This document shows positions 28,216-38,582 of a stretch of 64,000 nt of DNA, piece by piece (within the stretch, counting starts at the first letter, position 1; each line of letters starts with the position of its first letter). Below the pieces are notes generated by a model. That model did not search any database. It worked only from the letters and a program-made list of their open reading frames with translations, and was not told where the DNA came from. Where the stretch lies: contig CAVQRN010000002.1 of NCBI GenBank assembly GCA_963715255.1, forward strand, positions 49,185 through 113,184. The letters run 5' to 3'. A program made the translations under genes and the position numbers. Origin of the DNA: an uncultured Actinomycetota bacterium (GTDB lineage Bacteria; Actinomycetota; Acidimicrobiia; Spongiisociales; UBA5794).

Positions 28216-30867
28216 CTAGACCAGCGGTTCGGCCCCAACGGCGCCGTGACAGCGCTTGTACTTCTTCCCCGACCCGCATGGGCACGGAGCGTTGCGCCCC
28301 ACCTTCTCACCCGTTCGAATGATCTGCTTCTGCTTGAGCTGTTGAACAGACTTCGCCGACGAAGTGGTCACCTGCGCCTTCGGTGCTTCCTGCTGCTGGA
28401 CCACGTCGACGTGGAACATGTAGCGGGTGGCGTCGTACTTCACGGCGTCAATCAATTCCTCGAAGTAGTTGAAGCCCTCACGCTGGTACTCGACCAGTGG
28501 ATCCTTCTGACCCATCGCGCGCAGACCGATGCCGGAGCGGAGGTAGTCCATCTCGGCGAGATGCTCCCTCCACTTGTTGTCGATGACTGAGAGCGTGACC
28601 GTGCGCTCGAGTTGACGCATGACCGTGTCACCGAACTGCGCCTCCCGGGCCGCGTACACGGCGTCGGCATCGGTCACGTACGCGTCGATGATCTCGTCAG
28701 AGGTGAGTGTCTCCGGGTCGCTGAACGACGCGCTGCTGATCGTCGGATCGTAGAGGGCCTTCATTCGGACCTCGAATTCGGCCCAATCCCAATCAGAAGA
28801 ATCGGTGCCTTCCGTCATCGTCTCGACCTCGAACTCGATGGCCGCAGCGCGCCACCCAGCGAGCAGTCCGTCGGTGCTCGTGCCGTCGAGAATCTGGTTC
28901 CGCCACTTGTAGATGATCTGACGCTGGGTGTTCATCACCTCGTCGTACTTGAGCACGTTCTTGCGGATCTCGAAGTTCTGTGCTTCTACTTGCGTCTGCG
29001 CACGCTCTATCGCCTTCGACACCATCTTGTGCTCGATCGGGACGTCCGGCGGAATCCGCAGTCTCTCCATGATCGAAGCCACGCGTTCGTTGGCGAACCG
29101 GCGCATGAGGTCGTCTTCAAGCGACAGATAGAACCGAGACTCACCTGGATCGCCCTGCCTGCCGGAACGGCCTCGCAGCTGGTTGTCGATTCGGCGCGAG
29201 TCGTGCCGTTCGGTGCCGAGCACATACAAGCCGCCCGCATCGAGCACCTGTTGCCTCTGCTGTCGCGTCTCTGCAGCGAATCGCTCGATGGAATCGGTGA
29301 ACGCTGCCTCGTACCCCGGATCGTCCGCTGGTATCTCTCTGCGGATCATCTCGGCTCGAGCGAGTTCCTCGGGATTCCCGCCGAGCTGGATGTCGACCCC
29401 TCGTCCCGCCATATTCGTCGCGACCGTGACCGCTCCAAGCTGGCCAGCCTGGGCGATGATGTGGGCCTCTCGCTCATGCTGCTTGGCGTTGAGGACTTCG
29501 TGTTTGATGCCCCGGCGCTTCAACGTGTTGGCGAGGCGCTCAGATTTCTCGATCGACACGGTTCCGACGAGGACGGGCTGGCCGCGGCGGCTGCGTTCTT
29601 CGATGTCGTCGGCGAGCGCGGCGAACTTGTGATCCTCGTCGAGGTAGACGACGTCGGCCTGGTCGATGCGAGCGACCGGCTCATTCGTCGGGATGTCGAG
29701 CACGTCGAGTCCATAGATCCCATGGAACTCCCCGGCTTCGGTAAGGGCCGTGCCGGTCATCCCCGAGAGCTTCTCATACATCCGGAAGTAGTTCTGAAGG
29801 GTGATCGTGGCGAGGGTCTGGTTCTCCTCTTTGATGTGGACACCCTCCTTCGCCTCGATCGCCTGGTGGAGGCCCTCGGAGTAGCGCCGGCCTTCGAGCA
29901 CCCGACCGGTGAACTCGTCCACGATCATGATCTCACCGTTCTTGATGAGGTAGTCGACGTCGAGGTGATAGAGCCCGGTCGCCTTCAATGCCACGTCGAG
30001 GTGGTGGATGAAGTCAACGTTGGCATAGTCGTACATGTTCTCGACGCCGAGAATCTGCTCGACGCGGGTAACGCCGGTCTCGGTGACGATGACCTGCCGC
30101 TTCTTCTCGTCGATCTCGTAGTGCTCATCTCTTCGAAGTCGCTCGACGATGCGGGCGAAGTCCCGATACCACTTCCCGGTCTCGCCGACCCTCCCGGAGA
30201 TGATGAGCGGGGTCCTGGCTTCGTCGATGAGGATCGAATCGACCTCGTCGACAATGCCAAAGTAGTGGCCCCGCTGGGTACGGTCCTCGGGGCGCATCGT
30301 CATGTTGTCCCTGAGGTAGTCGAATCCGAACTCGTTGTTCGTCCCGTACGTGATGTCTGCGCGGTATGCCGGCCTTCGCTCCTGTGGCGTCATCTCGGAC
30401 TGGATGAGTCCGACGTCGAGACCAAGGAATCGGTGGATCTGTCCCATCCAATTCGAGTCGCGCGCTGCCAGGTAGTCGTTGACCGTGACGATGTGGACAC
30501 CCTCGCCGGCGAGCGCGTTCAGGTAGGACGGCATCGTCGAGACCAGCGTCTTTCCCTCGCCGGTGCGCATCTCGGAGATCATCCCCCGATGGAGCGTGCC
30601 GGCCCCAATGACCTGGACATCGAAATGACGCTGACCGAGCGTTCGCTTCGCCGCCTCACGAACAACGGCGAAGGCCTCTTCCTCAAGATCGTCAACCGGT
30701 TCGCCGTTCCGGACGCGGTTGCGGAACTCAGCGGTCTTCGCGACCAGATCGGCGTCGCTCAATCGCTCAGTCTCCGGCTCGAGCGCGTTGACGCGGGTGA
30801 CGAGCCCCTCAAGTTCCTTGAGGCGCTTGCCCTCCCCAATCCGAAGAGCTTTAGAGAAGATGGACAT
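28216..30867 (-). CDS. secA: preprotein translocase ATPase SecA
   Basis: 883 aa. DEAD-like motor motifs and a C-terminal zinc finger [14 protein letters not shown]. Confidence 0.95.
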   Translation of the reverse strand: MSIFSKALRIGEGKRLKELEGLVTRVNALEPETERLSDADLVAKTAEFRNRVRNGEPVDDLEEEAFAVVREAAKRTLGQRHFDVQVIGAGTLHRGMISEMRTGEGKTLVSTMPSYLNALAGEGVHIVTVNDYLAARDSNWMGQIHRFLGLDVGLIQSEMTPQERRPAYRADITYGTNNEFGFDYLRDNMTMRPEDRTQRGHYFGIVDEVDSILIDEARTPLIISGRVGETGKWYRDFARIVERLRRDEHYEIDEKKRQVIVTETGVTRVEQILGVENMYDYANVDFIHHLDVALKATGLYHLDVDYLIKNGEIMIVDEFTGRVLEGRRYSEGLHQAIEAKEGVHIKEENQTLATITLQNYFRMYEKLSGMTGTALTEAGEFHGIYGLDVLDIPTNEPVARIDQADVVYLDEDHKFAALADDIEERSRRGQPVLVGTVSIEKSERLANTLKRRGIKHEVLNAKQHEREAHIIAQAGQLGAVTVATNMAGRGVDIQLGGNPEELARAEMIRREIPADDPGYEAAFTDSIERFAAETRQQRQQVLDAGGLYVLGTERHDSRRIDNQLRGRSGRQGDPGESRFYLSLEDDLMRRFANERVASIMERLRIPPDVPIEHKMVSKAIERAQTQVEAQNFEIRKNVLKYDEVMNTQRQIIYKWRNQILDGTSTDGLLAGWRAAAIEFEVETMTEGTDSSDWDWAEFEVRMKALYDPTISSASFSDPETLTSDEIIDAYVTDADAVYAAREAQFGDTVMRQLERTVTLSVIDNKWREHLAEMDYLRSGIGLRAMGQKDPLVEYQREGFNYFEELIDAVKYDATRYMFHVDVVQQQEAPKAQVTTSSAKSVQQLKQKQIIRTGEKVGRNAPCPCGSGKKYKRCHGAVGAEPLV

Positions 30868-30916
30868 GGCGGCGAATACTACGGGGGCCGTTGGCTTGTT
30901 GAGCGAGTGTGAGATG

Positions 30917-30950
30917 GCGGAGTAGCCGAGTAGCTGAGTAGCCGAGTGGT
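30917..30950. repeat. octamer repeat array (GGAGTAGCCGAGTAGCTGAGTAGCCGAGTGG)
   Basis: Same family. Located between the secA start and the upstream gene's stop. Confidence 0.7.
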
Positions 30951-30966
30951 CGAACGAAGTGTCGCG

Positions 30967-31320
30967 TCATGAGCGGACGTTGGCCTTCAGTCTCAGCAGC
31001 ATTCGCCTGATTGCGCCGACCTCGGCAAGATGATCATCGGCGACGCCACGGGGAACTGCTCCCAGATCTCTCGCCAGGAGGAGATGACTCTCAAGTTCAG
31101 CCGCGGAGCCGAGAGCGATCGTCAGGAACCTGCGGAACTCCCTCACCGACTCTCGTCCCGCTCCCTCTGCAATATTCGCGGGAATGGACATCGCTGCCCG
31201 TGTGATCTGATCGCCGAGGCCGAAGCGGTGGCGGCCACTCAACCCGTCGGCCGTCCGATGGATGTCGAGAGCAAGATGGTGAGCTCGTTGCCACACATCG
31301 AGTCTTCTGAAGTTCCGCAT
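30967..31320 (-). CDS. four-helix-bundle protein (the family often found inside 23S rRNA intervening sequences)
   Basis: MRNFRRLDVWQRAHHLALDIH...IAEGAGR signature. 117 aa from the start at 31320. Confidence 0.6.
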   Translation of the reverse strand: MRNFRRLDVWQRAHHLALDIHRTADGLSGRHRFGLGDQITRAAMSIPANIAEGAGRESVREFRRFLTIALGSAAELESHLLLARDLGAVPRGVADDHLAEVGAIRRMLLRLKANVRS

Positions 31321-31411
31321 TTCCCCGTCATACATGAAGAGAGCGGTGGGTTCTAGACGCTCGTGTGCCGGAGCTCGAACTGCCGGGATCACCGTCTACA
31401 AGCTGAGTCTT

Positions 31412-31447
31412 CCTCGGCTACTCGGCTACTCGGCTACTCAGCTAGTC
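31412..31447. repeat. octamer repeat array (CTCGGCTACTCGGCTACTCGGCTACTCAGCTAG)
   Basis: Directly abuts the TGA stop of the response-regulator gene. Confidence 0.7.
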
Positions 31448-32096
31448 AATCCAGACTGATCAGGTCTTCCCGTACCGCGTACAGGACTGCCTCGTTCCTG
31501 GAGTGGAAACCGAGTTTGTCGAGGATGTTCCTGATGTGGTTCTTCACCGTGTTCTCGGAGATGAACAGGTCCGTGCCGATCTCGCGGCTCGTCTGTCCCT
31601 GTGCCACGAGTCCAAGGACCTCGATCTCACGCCCGGTCAACACCGGCTTCCTCGATTGCAGCAGCTCCTGGTGGCGGAGCAACTGCCGGGTCACATCGAG
31701 GAGCTTTCCTGCCATGTTCGGGGAAATGGCAGCCCCGCCGTTCTCAACAGCGTTGAGGGCTCCGACCAGGGCGTCGAACGGGGCGTCCTTCGTGACGTAT
31801 CCGCGAGCCCCGGCTTTGATGCCAACGAGGAGGTCCTCCTCCGATTCGCTCGCAGTGAGCAGAATGACGTGCGCTCCCGGAGCGACGGCGCTGATCTTCT
31901 CGACGACCTCGAGGCCCGAGATGCCGGGCATCAGGATGTCGAGCAGGACCAGATCCGGTTGATACTCCTCGGCAGCGGAGACTGCCCCTTCTGCGTCGCC
32001 TGACTGGGCAATGACCTCGAATCCGGCGTCTTTCAGTGCTGATGCCAGTCCTGCTCTGAACAGCGGCACATCGTCAACAATGAGCAGTCTCTTCAT
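31446..32096 (-). CDS. two-component response regulator, NarL/LuxR family
   Basis: REC domain (DD...D...K) plus a C-terminal LuxR-type HTH (LTGREIEVLGLVAQGQTSREIG...SENTVKNH). Confidence 0.85.
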   Translation of the reverse strand: MKRLLIVDDVPLFRAGLASALKDAGFEVIAQSGDAEGAVSAAEEYQPDLVLLDILMPGISGLEVVEKISAVAPGAHVILLTASESEEDLLVGIKAGARGYVTKDAPFDALVGALNAVENGGAAISPNMAGKLLDVTRQLLRHQELLQSRKPVLTGREIEVLGLVAQGQTSREIGTDLFISENTVKNHIRNILDKLGFHSRNEAVLYAVREDLISLD

Positions 32097-32120
32097 CTCG
32101 ACTCAGTACTCCCGCTCGGC

Positions 32121-32669
32121 TTACTCCGGTTCGATCATCCCGAGATCGCCGTCTCGCCGGTAATAGAGCACCGACTGTCTGCCTGTGTCCGCGTCGAGGA
32201 AGACGAAGAAGTCGTGTCCGAGCATCTCCATCTGCAATGCAGCTTCCTCGACCGACATGGGCCGCATCGCGAATCGTTTTCTCTTCACGATGACAGCGTC
32301 TCGGTCATGTAGGTCATCGACCGTGTTGCCGGGTGGGTTGAGGTCTTTGTGGCCAGCTTTGCGGGATCGCTGAATGAGTCGTTCTTTGAGCCTTCGGAGT
32401 TGCCGTTCGTACTTGTCAGACGCGGTGTCGAGCGCCGCCCGTGCGTCGAAGGCGTTTGATTCGACGCGGACGATCTGGCCGGCGGCGGTAGAGGTGATCT
32501 CGACGCGATATCTGGCGTCGGTCTGCCTCGGATTGCCGTTCTCGGAGAACTCAACGTCGACATTGGTCACGTCGTCGAAGATCCTCCCTGCATGCTCAAC
32601 CTTCTCATGAGCGAGATCGCGGACATCGTCTGCAATCTCGGTGTTCCACGCGTGGATCCGAACGTTCAC
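32121..32669 (-). CDS. hpf: ribosome hibernation promoting factor, long form
   Basis: N-terminal RaiA/HPF domain and the C-terminal dimerisation domain typical of long HPF. Confidence 0.85.
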   Translation of the reverse strand: MNVRIHAWNTEIADDVRDLAHEKVEHAGRIFDDVTNVDVEFSENGNPRQTDARYRVEITSTAAGQIVRVESNAFDARAALDTASDKYERQLRRLKERLIQRSRKAGHKDLNPPGNTVDDLHDRDAVIVKRKRFAMRPMSVEEAALQMEMLGHDFFVFLDADTGRQSVLYYRRDGDLGMIEPE

Positions 32670-32794
32670 TCGTGCTCCTTCGCATCATGACGATGGCCCC
32701 TCCGGGCTCCTCCCGGGCGCGTCGAATCGACCGGTCTCGGTCGTACGGGCACGGAGGGCGCTTTGATCGGTCGGACCGCTCAACGGTTGAACCG

Positions 32795-33385
32795 TCACCG
32801 CACCTCCATGGGGCTTTCTCCTGCCTCCATCCTACTCGCGCAGGTCGCAACCAGCACGAGAGTCGGAAGATCGTTGAGTGCCGCGGCCGCTGCACGGGCC
32901 GTCACTCCCGTCGTGAGCACATCATCGACGAGCGCCGCGTATCTTGGAACGACCGAGCCGGAAGGGGTGAAGCGCACCGCGGACCGCTCGTCCCGGCTGC
33001 GACCGGCGTGCCGTCGCCACCACAATCGGGGCCGAATCGCGTCGATGACGGGGAGCCCGGTCCGCCGTGCGACTCCCGCAGCAAGGATCGCTGCCGGATC
33101 GATGCCGTGGCGAAATGCTCGAAGGGCGGCCCTTGGCACGGGGACGAGTGCGGTGACCGACCCGGGGAGTCTCTCCGCCATGGCATCTGCAAGCGGCTCC
33201 GCGGCAGCAACAACGGCCCGGTACTTCAACGCGTGGACGAGCCGACGTGCCGGTCCCTCGTGGACGAAGCCGGCCACACCGATCAGGCCCGCTCCAAGGG
33301 ATACCTCCGGTGCAGGACGCAGTTCAAGCCGACACCGAACGCAGAGCGAATCGGTCGCAGGCATGGTGCAAGCCAAACAGAACAT
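32795..33385 (-). CDS. ComF family phosphoribosyltransferase-domain protein
   Basis: N-terminal Cys-rich CLAC...CVRC motif, PRTase-type motif ALVDDVLTTGVT. Conserved actinobacterial comF-hpf-secA synteny. Confidence 0.7.
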   Translation of the reverse strand: MFCLACTMPATDSLCVRCRLELRPAPEVSLGAGLIGVAGFVHEGPARRLVHALKYRAVVAAAEPLADAMAERLPGSVTALVPVPRAALRAFRHGIDPAAILAAGVARRTGLPVIDAIRPRLWWRRHAGRSRDERSAVRFTPSGSVVPRYAALVDDVLTTGVTARAAAAALNDLPTLVLVATCASRMEAGESPMEVR

Positions 33386-33471
33386 GCCCCCGACCGTAAA
33401 GGCAGAGTGGGACAGAATTCGTGAGATCAGATCGGTCACCGGCGAATGAGACCGGTGATCCGTTTTCAAAC

Positions 33472-33578
33472 AAGTAGCTGAGTAGCCGAGCAACCGAGTC
33501 GTCGCACGAGACTGATCCCGACAGGCAAGGTCCCCGAGTGGTCTCTGCTACTCCGCTACTCCGCTACTCCGCTACTCG
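33472..33578. repeat. octamer repeat: direct copies (33472-33510) and inverted copies CTACTCCG x3 (33546-33578), forming a long hairpin
   Basis: Directly abuts the TGA stop of ahcY. Confidence 0.75.
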
Positions 33579-33579
33579 A

Positions 33580-34827
33580 TCACGTTCCTTCTTCCCACGA
33601 TGTCAGGTAGCGGGCTTGTTCTTCTGTCAATGTCTCCAGTGACGCGCCCATTGCTTTGAGCTTGAGCCGAGCGACGGACTCGTCGAGCTCACGGGGCAGC
33701 GTGTACACATCGGGTGGGAGATCGCCGCCTACTTGGACAAGCCACTCTGCGGCGAGCGCCTGGTCGGCGAACGACATGTCCATCACATCGGCGGGGTGGC
33801 CCTCGGCTGCGCCCAGATTCACCAGCCGTCCCTCAGCCACGACGATGATTCGGCGCCCATCGTCCAGTTCGAACTCCTCGAGATTCTCCCTGATCTCGCG
33901 ACGAGCAACCGCCATCTGGCGAAGCCCGACCAGATCAAGTTCCACATCGAAGTGCCCGGCGTTCGCGATGAGAACGTTGTCCTTCATCACCAGGAAGTGC
34001 TCGGGTCGGAAGACGTGGATGCCGCCCGTCACCGTGAGGAAGACATCTCCAACCGGAGCCGCCTCGGCCGCCGTCATCACCCGGTAACCCTCCATCGCCG
34101 CCGAGAGTGCCCGAATCGGGTCGACCTCGACCACGACAACACTTGCCCCGAGGCCTGATGCACGGCGGGCGATACCCCATCCACAGTCACCGAAACCTGC
34201 GACGACCACGGTACGTCCGGCGAACAGGATATTCGAAGCCCTGAGAATCCCGTCGAGCGACGACTGTCCGGTTCCGTGCCGGTTGTCGAACAGATGTTTC
34301 GTTTCGGAGTCGTTCACGGCCACAACCGGGTAGCGAAGGACCCCCTCGGCGGCCATCGCTCGGAGGCGCAGCACGCCGGTGGTCGTCTCCTCGAGGCCTC
34401 CGAGGATCGGTTGCAGCTTCCGTTCACGATGCAGAACGGTCGTGGTGTCTGCCCCATCGTCGAACACGATGTGCGGCTCGGTGTCGAGGATTGCGTTGAT
34501 GTGTCGGTAGAAGGTATCGGGATCCTCACCGCGCACTGCGTACACGGGGATGCCGTCATCAACGAGCGCCGCAGCCACGTCATCCTGGGTCGAAAGAGGG
34601 TTCGAAGCGCACAGGGCCACCGATGCCCCACCGACGCGCAGCGTTTGCATCAGCGTCGCAGTCTCGGTCGTTACGTGCATGCAGGCAGCGACCCGGATAC
34701 CCTCCAGCGGTCGTTCGGCCTCGAACCGTTCCCGGATCGCAGCAAGGACCGGCATTCTGCGGTCGGCCCACGCGATTCGCCGATGCCCTTCGAATGCGAG
34801 TGACGAATCAGCGATGTCATAGTTCAT
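33580..34827 (-). CDS. ahcY: adenosylhomocysteinase
   Basis: Start MNYDIADSS. NAD-binding GFGDCGWG region and typical AdoHcyase substrate-domain motifs. Confidence 0.9.
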   Translation of the reverse strand: MNYDIADSSLAFEGHRRIAWADRRMPVLAAIRERFEAERPLEGIRVAACMHVTTETATLMQTLRVGGASVALCASNPLSTQDDVAAALVDDGIPVYAVRGEDPDTFYRHINAILDTEPHIVFDDGADTTTVLHRERKLQPILGGLEETTTGVLRLRAMAAEGVLRYPVVAVNDSETKHLFDNRHGTGQSSLDGILRASNILFAGRTVVVAGFGDCGWGIARRASGLGASVVVVEVDPIRALSAAMEGYRVMTAAEAAPVGDVFLTVTGGIHVFRPEHFLVMKDNVLIANAGHFDVELDLVGLRQMAVARREIRENLEEFELDDGRRIIVVAEGRLVNLGAAEGHPADVMDMSFADQALAAEWLVQVGGDLPPDVYTLPRELDESVARLKLKAMGASLETLTEEQARYLTSWEEGT

Positions 34828-35816
34828 GGTGCTCCCTTCGCGAGCATGGTCTTGAAAGCCTCGAGGGTCTTCACTGGTGTCGGGTCGATTCCTGCCGCTT
34901 CCGCCATTGCCACGGACGCGACGTCCCCGACGACGGCAAGGCTGAAGAAGCGGGCGAGCGAGCTGTCTCCGGATGAGCGGACGTCGCCGACGCGGCGGAC
35001 CTTCCCGGAGAGCACCGTGCCTGAGAGATCCAACCGACGGGCCACGCTCGGATGATCGGCGGAGTCCCTCAGGTAGATCACGCCGAATGCGCCGCTCGAC
35101 TCGCGTTGCCACCCTTCGAGTTCGTTGTGGTTCATTTCGGGGACGGTCCCTGAGAACGCGGGGAGCTTCGCGTTCTCGTTGATCTGAGTCTTCCACCGGT
35201 ACGCCGCCGTTGAGCCGACGCCACGACCGCCGTAGATGACGGCTGTTCTCTCGCCGAGACCGGCAGCGAGATCGCGTCCGAGCTGCACCGCGCCGCCGCT
35301 CCCTCCGTCGAGTAGTCGATCGACGACGTCTGCGGCTTCGCCGAGCGCGGCATCGGCGTTCCGAACATGGCCGCCGGCGCCGAGCATCGCAGTCACGGCC
35401 GCAGTCTGATATCCGACGCCGGCCCTTGGTTGGAGACCCCCCGGAACTTCCACGTACGGGATGCCCCGCTCTCCTGCAATCTCACCGAGGCGGCCGCCCG
35501 AGGCGACAGCAGCCAGATCGAGACCAGCAGAGATCGCTTGATCGACCCCCGAGAGCACCTCTTCGGTGTTCCCGCTGTAGGAGACGGCGAGCACCGTGAC
35601 ACCTCCCTCCGTCGCCCATGCAGGGAGCCCGTACCCACGGTGGACGACCATCGGAACGCGCAGCGTCGATGCGAGCGTTCCGATGGTGGCCGCCATCGCC
35701 GACCCTCCCATGCCGAGCAGCACGATCGGCCCGTCGGACCGCAATGGAGCGACGTCCTGGCCGATTCCCCACCGGAGTTGCTCCGGCAGGCTCAGGATGT
35801 CATTGAACATCGTCAT
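34824..35816 (-). CDS. SIS-domain bifunctional phosphoglucose/phosphomannose isomerase
   Basis: Two SIS subdomains (LLGMGGSAMAA...; ...VIYGGRG). Operon with manB. Start MTMFNDIL. Confidence 0.7.
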   Translation of the reverse strand: MTMFNDILSLPEQLRWGIGQDVAPLRSDGPIVLLGMGGSAMAATIGTLASTLRVPMVVHRGYGLPAWATEGGVTVLAVSYSGNTEEVLSGVDQAISAGLDLAAVASGGRLGEIAGERGIPYVEVPGGLQPRAGVGYQTAAVTAMLGAGGHVRNADAALGEAADVVDRLLDGGSGGAVQLGRDLAAGLGERTAVIYGGRGVGSTAAYRWKTQINENAKLPAFSGTVPEMNHNELEGWQRESSGAFGVIYLRDSADHPSVARRLDLSGTVLSGKVRRVGDVRSSGDSSLARFFSLAVVGDVASVAMAEAAGIDPTPVKTLEAFKTMLAKGAP

Positions 35817-35995
35817 TGATCGGAAGGAATGGCTTCGTCGATCAGCATGACGGGAATGCCGTCTCGAACCGGATACTGAAGCCCGCAGTCCGAGCAGACG
35901 AGTGCCGGGGGTTCGGGACGCACGATGAGCGTTCCCGTGCAGGACGGGCATTGCATGATCTCTAGCAACGCCGGGTCGATCAGATGGTCAGTCAC
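35813..35995 (-). CDS. Trm112-family small zinc-ribbon-like protein
   Basis: 60 aa with CPSC...C motif. 4-bp overlaps on both sides. Confidence 0.55.
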   Translation of the reverse strand: MTDHLIDPALLEIMQCPSCTGTLIVRPEPPALVCSDCGLQYPVRDGIPVMLIDEAIPSDQ

Positions 35996-37329
35996 GGTCC
36001 CTCCTGGATGATCGATGCCACCGCCGCGACGAGTTCGTCAACCCTGGCGGCGTCTGGTGCTTCTGCGTTGAGCCTGAGCTTGGGCTCGGTATTCGAAGGT
36101 CGGAGATTGAACCACCGGTCGCCGAGGTCGACGGTCAGTCCGTCGAGATAGTCGATCTGGGCATCGCGGTATGCAGCAGCCACCGCAGCGGTAGCCACCG
36201 TTTGGTCTTCGACGTCGTAGTTGATCTCGCCCGACCCGGCGTACGGCTCGTAGTCGAGACGGAGTTCGGAGAGCGGGCGCCCGTCCTCCGACATCACCTG
36301 CATCAATACGAGCATTGCGAGAATTCCGGAATCGGCGCGGTAGTTGTCTCGGAAGTAGTAGTGACCGGAGTGTTCACCACCAAACACGGCACCGGTCTCC
36401 TTCATGACTTGCTTGATGAACGAGTGCCCGACTCTTGTCCGCACCGGAACACCCCCCGCACGCTGAACCCTCTCGGGAACTGCCTTCGAACAGATGAGGT
36501 TGTGCACAATCGATGCGCCGGGCTCTCTCCTGAGGAACCAGTCGCCGATGATCGCCGTCGTCGTGCTGCCGGGCAGCGGGACACCCCGGTCGTCGATGAA
36601 GAACGCTCGGTCGGCATCGCCATCGAACGCGACGCCAAGGTCCGGGTTCGTCTCATCCATCAAGGCGAGAAGATCGGCGAGGTTCTCCGGCCTGAGTGGA
36701 TCGGCCGGGTGGTTCGGGAAGGTCCCGTCCGGTTCGAGGTAGAGGCCGATGAGCCGGGCCGGCAGCCGCTCGAACACCGTCGGCAGGGCGATACCGGCCA
36801 TTCCGTTGCCTCCGTCTGCAGCAACGGTCAGCTCCGAGAACACCCTGGCATCGATAACGCCGAAGAGATGATCGACGTATCCAACGAGGATGTCGACGAC
36901 CTCAATCGAGCCGCGATCATCCTGTGCCACCTGTTTCGAGACGGCGATCCGCTTGATGTCCTTCAGTCCCGATTCCTCACCGACCGGCGCAGCGCCGGCG
37001 AGACAGAACTTCAACCCGTTGTACTCGGGCGGATTGTGAGATGCCGTCACGACCACGCCGGGAAGATCCATCGACCCGGATGCGAAGTAGAGACCATCGG
37101 TTGTGATCTCGCCGAGATCAACCACGTCGGTCCCCGCGGCGGTAATCCCGTCGATGAGGGCGTCAACGATCGCAGGCGACGAGACCCGACAATCCCGTCC
37201 AACGGCGATTCGATCGGCGTCGGCGAATGTGGCAAAGCCGTACCCGATCCGTCGAGCCGCCTCCTCGTCGATCTCAGACGGGTAGAGGCCTCGGACGTCG
37301 TACGCCTTGAAGATGCTGTCAAGATCCAT
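35992..37329 (-). CDS. manB: phosphomannomutase/phosphoglucomutase
   Basis: Phosphohexomutase active-site TASHNPPEYNG, a Mg-binding loop, and a sugar-binding C-terminal domain. Confidence 0.85.
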   Translation of the reverse strand: MDLDSIFKAYDVRGLYPSEIDEEAARRIGYGFATFADADRIAVGRDCRVSSPAIVDALIDGITAAGTDVVDLGEITTDGLYFASGSMDLPGVVVTASHNPPEYNGLKFCLAGAAPVGEESGLKDIKRIAVSKQVAQDDRGSIEVVDILVGYVDHLFGVIDARVFSELTVAADGGNGMAGIALPTVFERLPARLIGLYLEPDGTFPNHPADPLRPENLADLLALMDETNPDLGVAFDGDADRAFFIDDRGVPLPGSTTTAIIGDWFLRREPGASIVHNLICSKAVPERVQRAGGVPVRTRVGHSFIKQVMKETGAVFGGEHSGHYYFRDNYRADSGILAMLVLMQVMSEDGRPLSELRLDYEPYAGSGEINYDVEDQTVATAAVAAAYRDAQIDYLDGLTVDLGDRWFNLRPSNTEPKLRLNAEAPDAARVDELVAAVASIIQEGP

Positions 37330-37401
37330 GGTGGGATTGTACGGTCGCCCCGGCGCGGGCCGAGTACCTGTCTCCGATCCCTTCCTACACTCACCGCCGA
37401 C

Positions 37402-38109
37402 ATGACCTCAGACACACCGACGACCCTCTCGGTCGTGATCCCAGTCCACAATGAGGCGGACTACCTCCCCGTCGCACTTGCAGAGCTCTTCGAGGAGATT
37501 GCCGGGGTCCCCGCGTCGATCACCGTCCTGGTGGCCGAAAACGGTTCTACCGATGGCACCGCAGAAGCGGTTCGCGAACTGGTCGACCGGTATCCCGGAC
37601 TTGCCTTGCTCCAACTTCCCACTCCGGACTACGGCGCGGCCATGCGGGATGGGTTCCTCTCCACCGACGGCGAGTGGGTCGTCAACTTCGACATCGACTA
37701 CTTCTCCGGCGAATTCCTCCGCTCGGTTCTCGCGATCGGCGACGATGCAGATCTGGTCCTGGCCTCGAAGAGGGTCGAGGGCGCAGACGATCGCCGAGGC
37801 TACGTCCGCCGTTTCGCCACGTGGACGTTCAACCAGGTTCTGCGTTTCGTGCTGTCATCCGGCGTCTCGGACACGCATGGCATGAAGGCGATCCGCCGCG
37901 ATGTCGTCGACCGGATCGCCCCGGAAGTGATCTCGACCCAGGATCTGTTCGACACGGAACTCGTCGTCCACGCGGAGCGCGCCGGATACCGCATCGCCGA
38001 GGTGCCGGCCGTCGTCGAGGAGAAGCGTGAGACGAAGAGCAGCCTCGCCAAACGAGTACCGCGCACGCTCAAAGGCGTTTGGCGGATCCGGAAGAGCCTC
38101 CGGTCCTGA
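37402..38109 (+). CDS. GT2 polyprenol-phosphate glycosyltransferase (Ppm1/GtrB-like)
   Basis: VVIPVHNEADYL...ENGSTDGT...DxD-type signature of the GT-A family 2 dolichol/polyprenol-phosphate sugar synthases. Confidence 0.8.
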   Translation: MTSDTPTTLSVVIPVHNEADYLPVALAELFEEIAGVPASITVLVAENGSTDGTAEAVRELVDRYPGLALLQLPTPDYGAAMRDGFLSTDGEWVVNFDIDYFSGEFLRSVLAIGDDADLVLASKRVEGADDRRGYVRRFATWTFNQVLRFVLSSGVSDTHGMKAIRRDVVDRIAPEVISTQDLFDTELVVHAERAGYRIAEVPAVVEEKRETKSSLAKRVPRTLKGVWRIRKSLRS

Positions 38110-38123
38110 CACTCTCTGCGATG

Positions 38124-38582
38124 TCAAGCGTCGGCGGGGCTGTTCTCCTGCTCCTCGATGGCCTTCCCGAACACGATGTCGCGATAGGACGCGAACTTCG
38201 GGACGAGGATCACGATAGAAGTGATCAGGTACACGACATTCGCAGCGATGGTCGACAGCGGTCCGATCAGTGCCTCTGCGAGCCACATCGTGCCGGCAGT
38301 GCCGGCCCAAGCGGCAACATTGATCAGGTAGAAACGCACCGTCTCGCTGCTTGAGACCTTGCCGTCCTTGATCTCGAACGCCCAGACTCGATTCAAGAGA
38401 TACGACATGAAGGTGGTGATCGCGAATGCGACGCTTACGGCGGCCACCGACCACCACCCCATCCAGAGGAAGAGATTGAACAGAGCGAAGGAGACGATCG
38501 TGTTCGCGACACCGACGAGCCCAACTTTGATGAACTGGCTGAACGCCTCTTTGGTCATGAAGCTGGCGAGATAGCGCCTCAT
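38124..38582 (-). CDS. GtrA family protein (small polytopic membrane flippase subunit)
   Basis: Four predicted TM helices with the GtrA-like signature region FIKVGLVGVANTIVSFALFN. Confidence 0.75.
   Translation of the reverse strand: MRRYLASFMTKEAFSQFIKVGLVGVANTIVSFALFNLFLWMGWWSVAAVSVAFAITTFMSYLLNRVWAFEIKDGKVSSSETVRFYLINVAAWAGTAGTMWLAEALIGPLSTIAANVVYLITSIVILVPKFASYRDIVFGKAIEEQENSPADA

Noticed and set aside
28612-30912. Long antisense ORFs (for example 766 aa opposite secA, 635 aa at 36202-38109 opposite manB, 539 aa opposite coxL at 7491-9110, 440 aa opposite gdhA at 577-1899)
   Set aside because: These are typical high-GC antisense read-through. Their translations are Arg/Gly/Asp-rich with no motifs, while the opposite strand carries well-conserved proteins.
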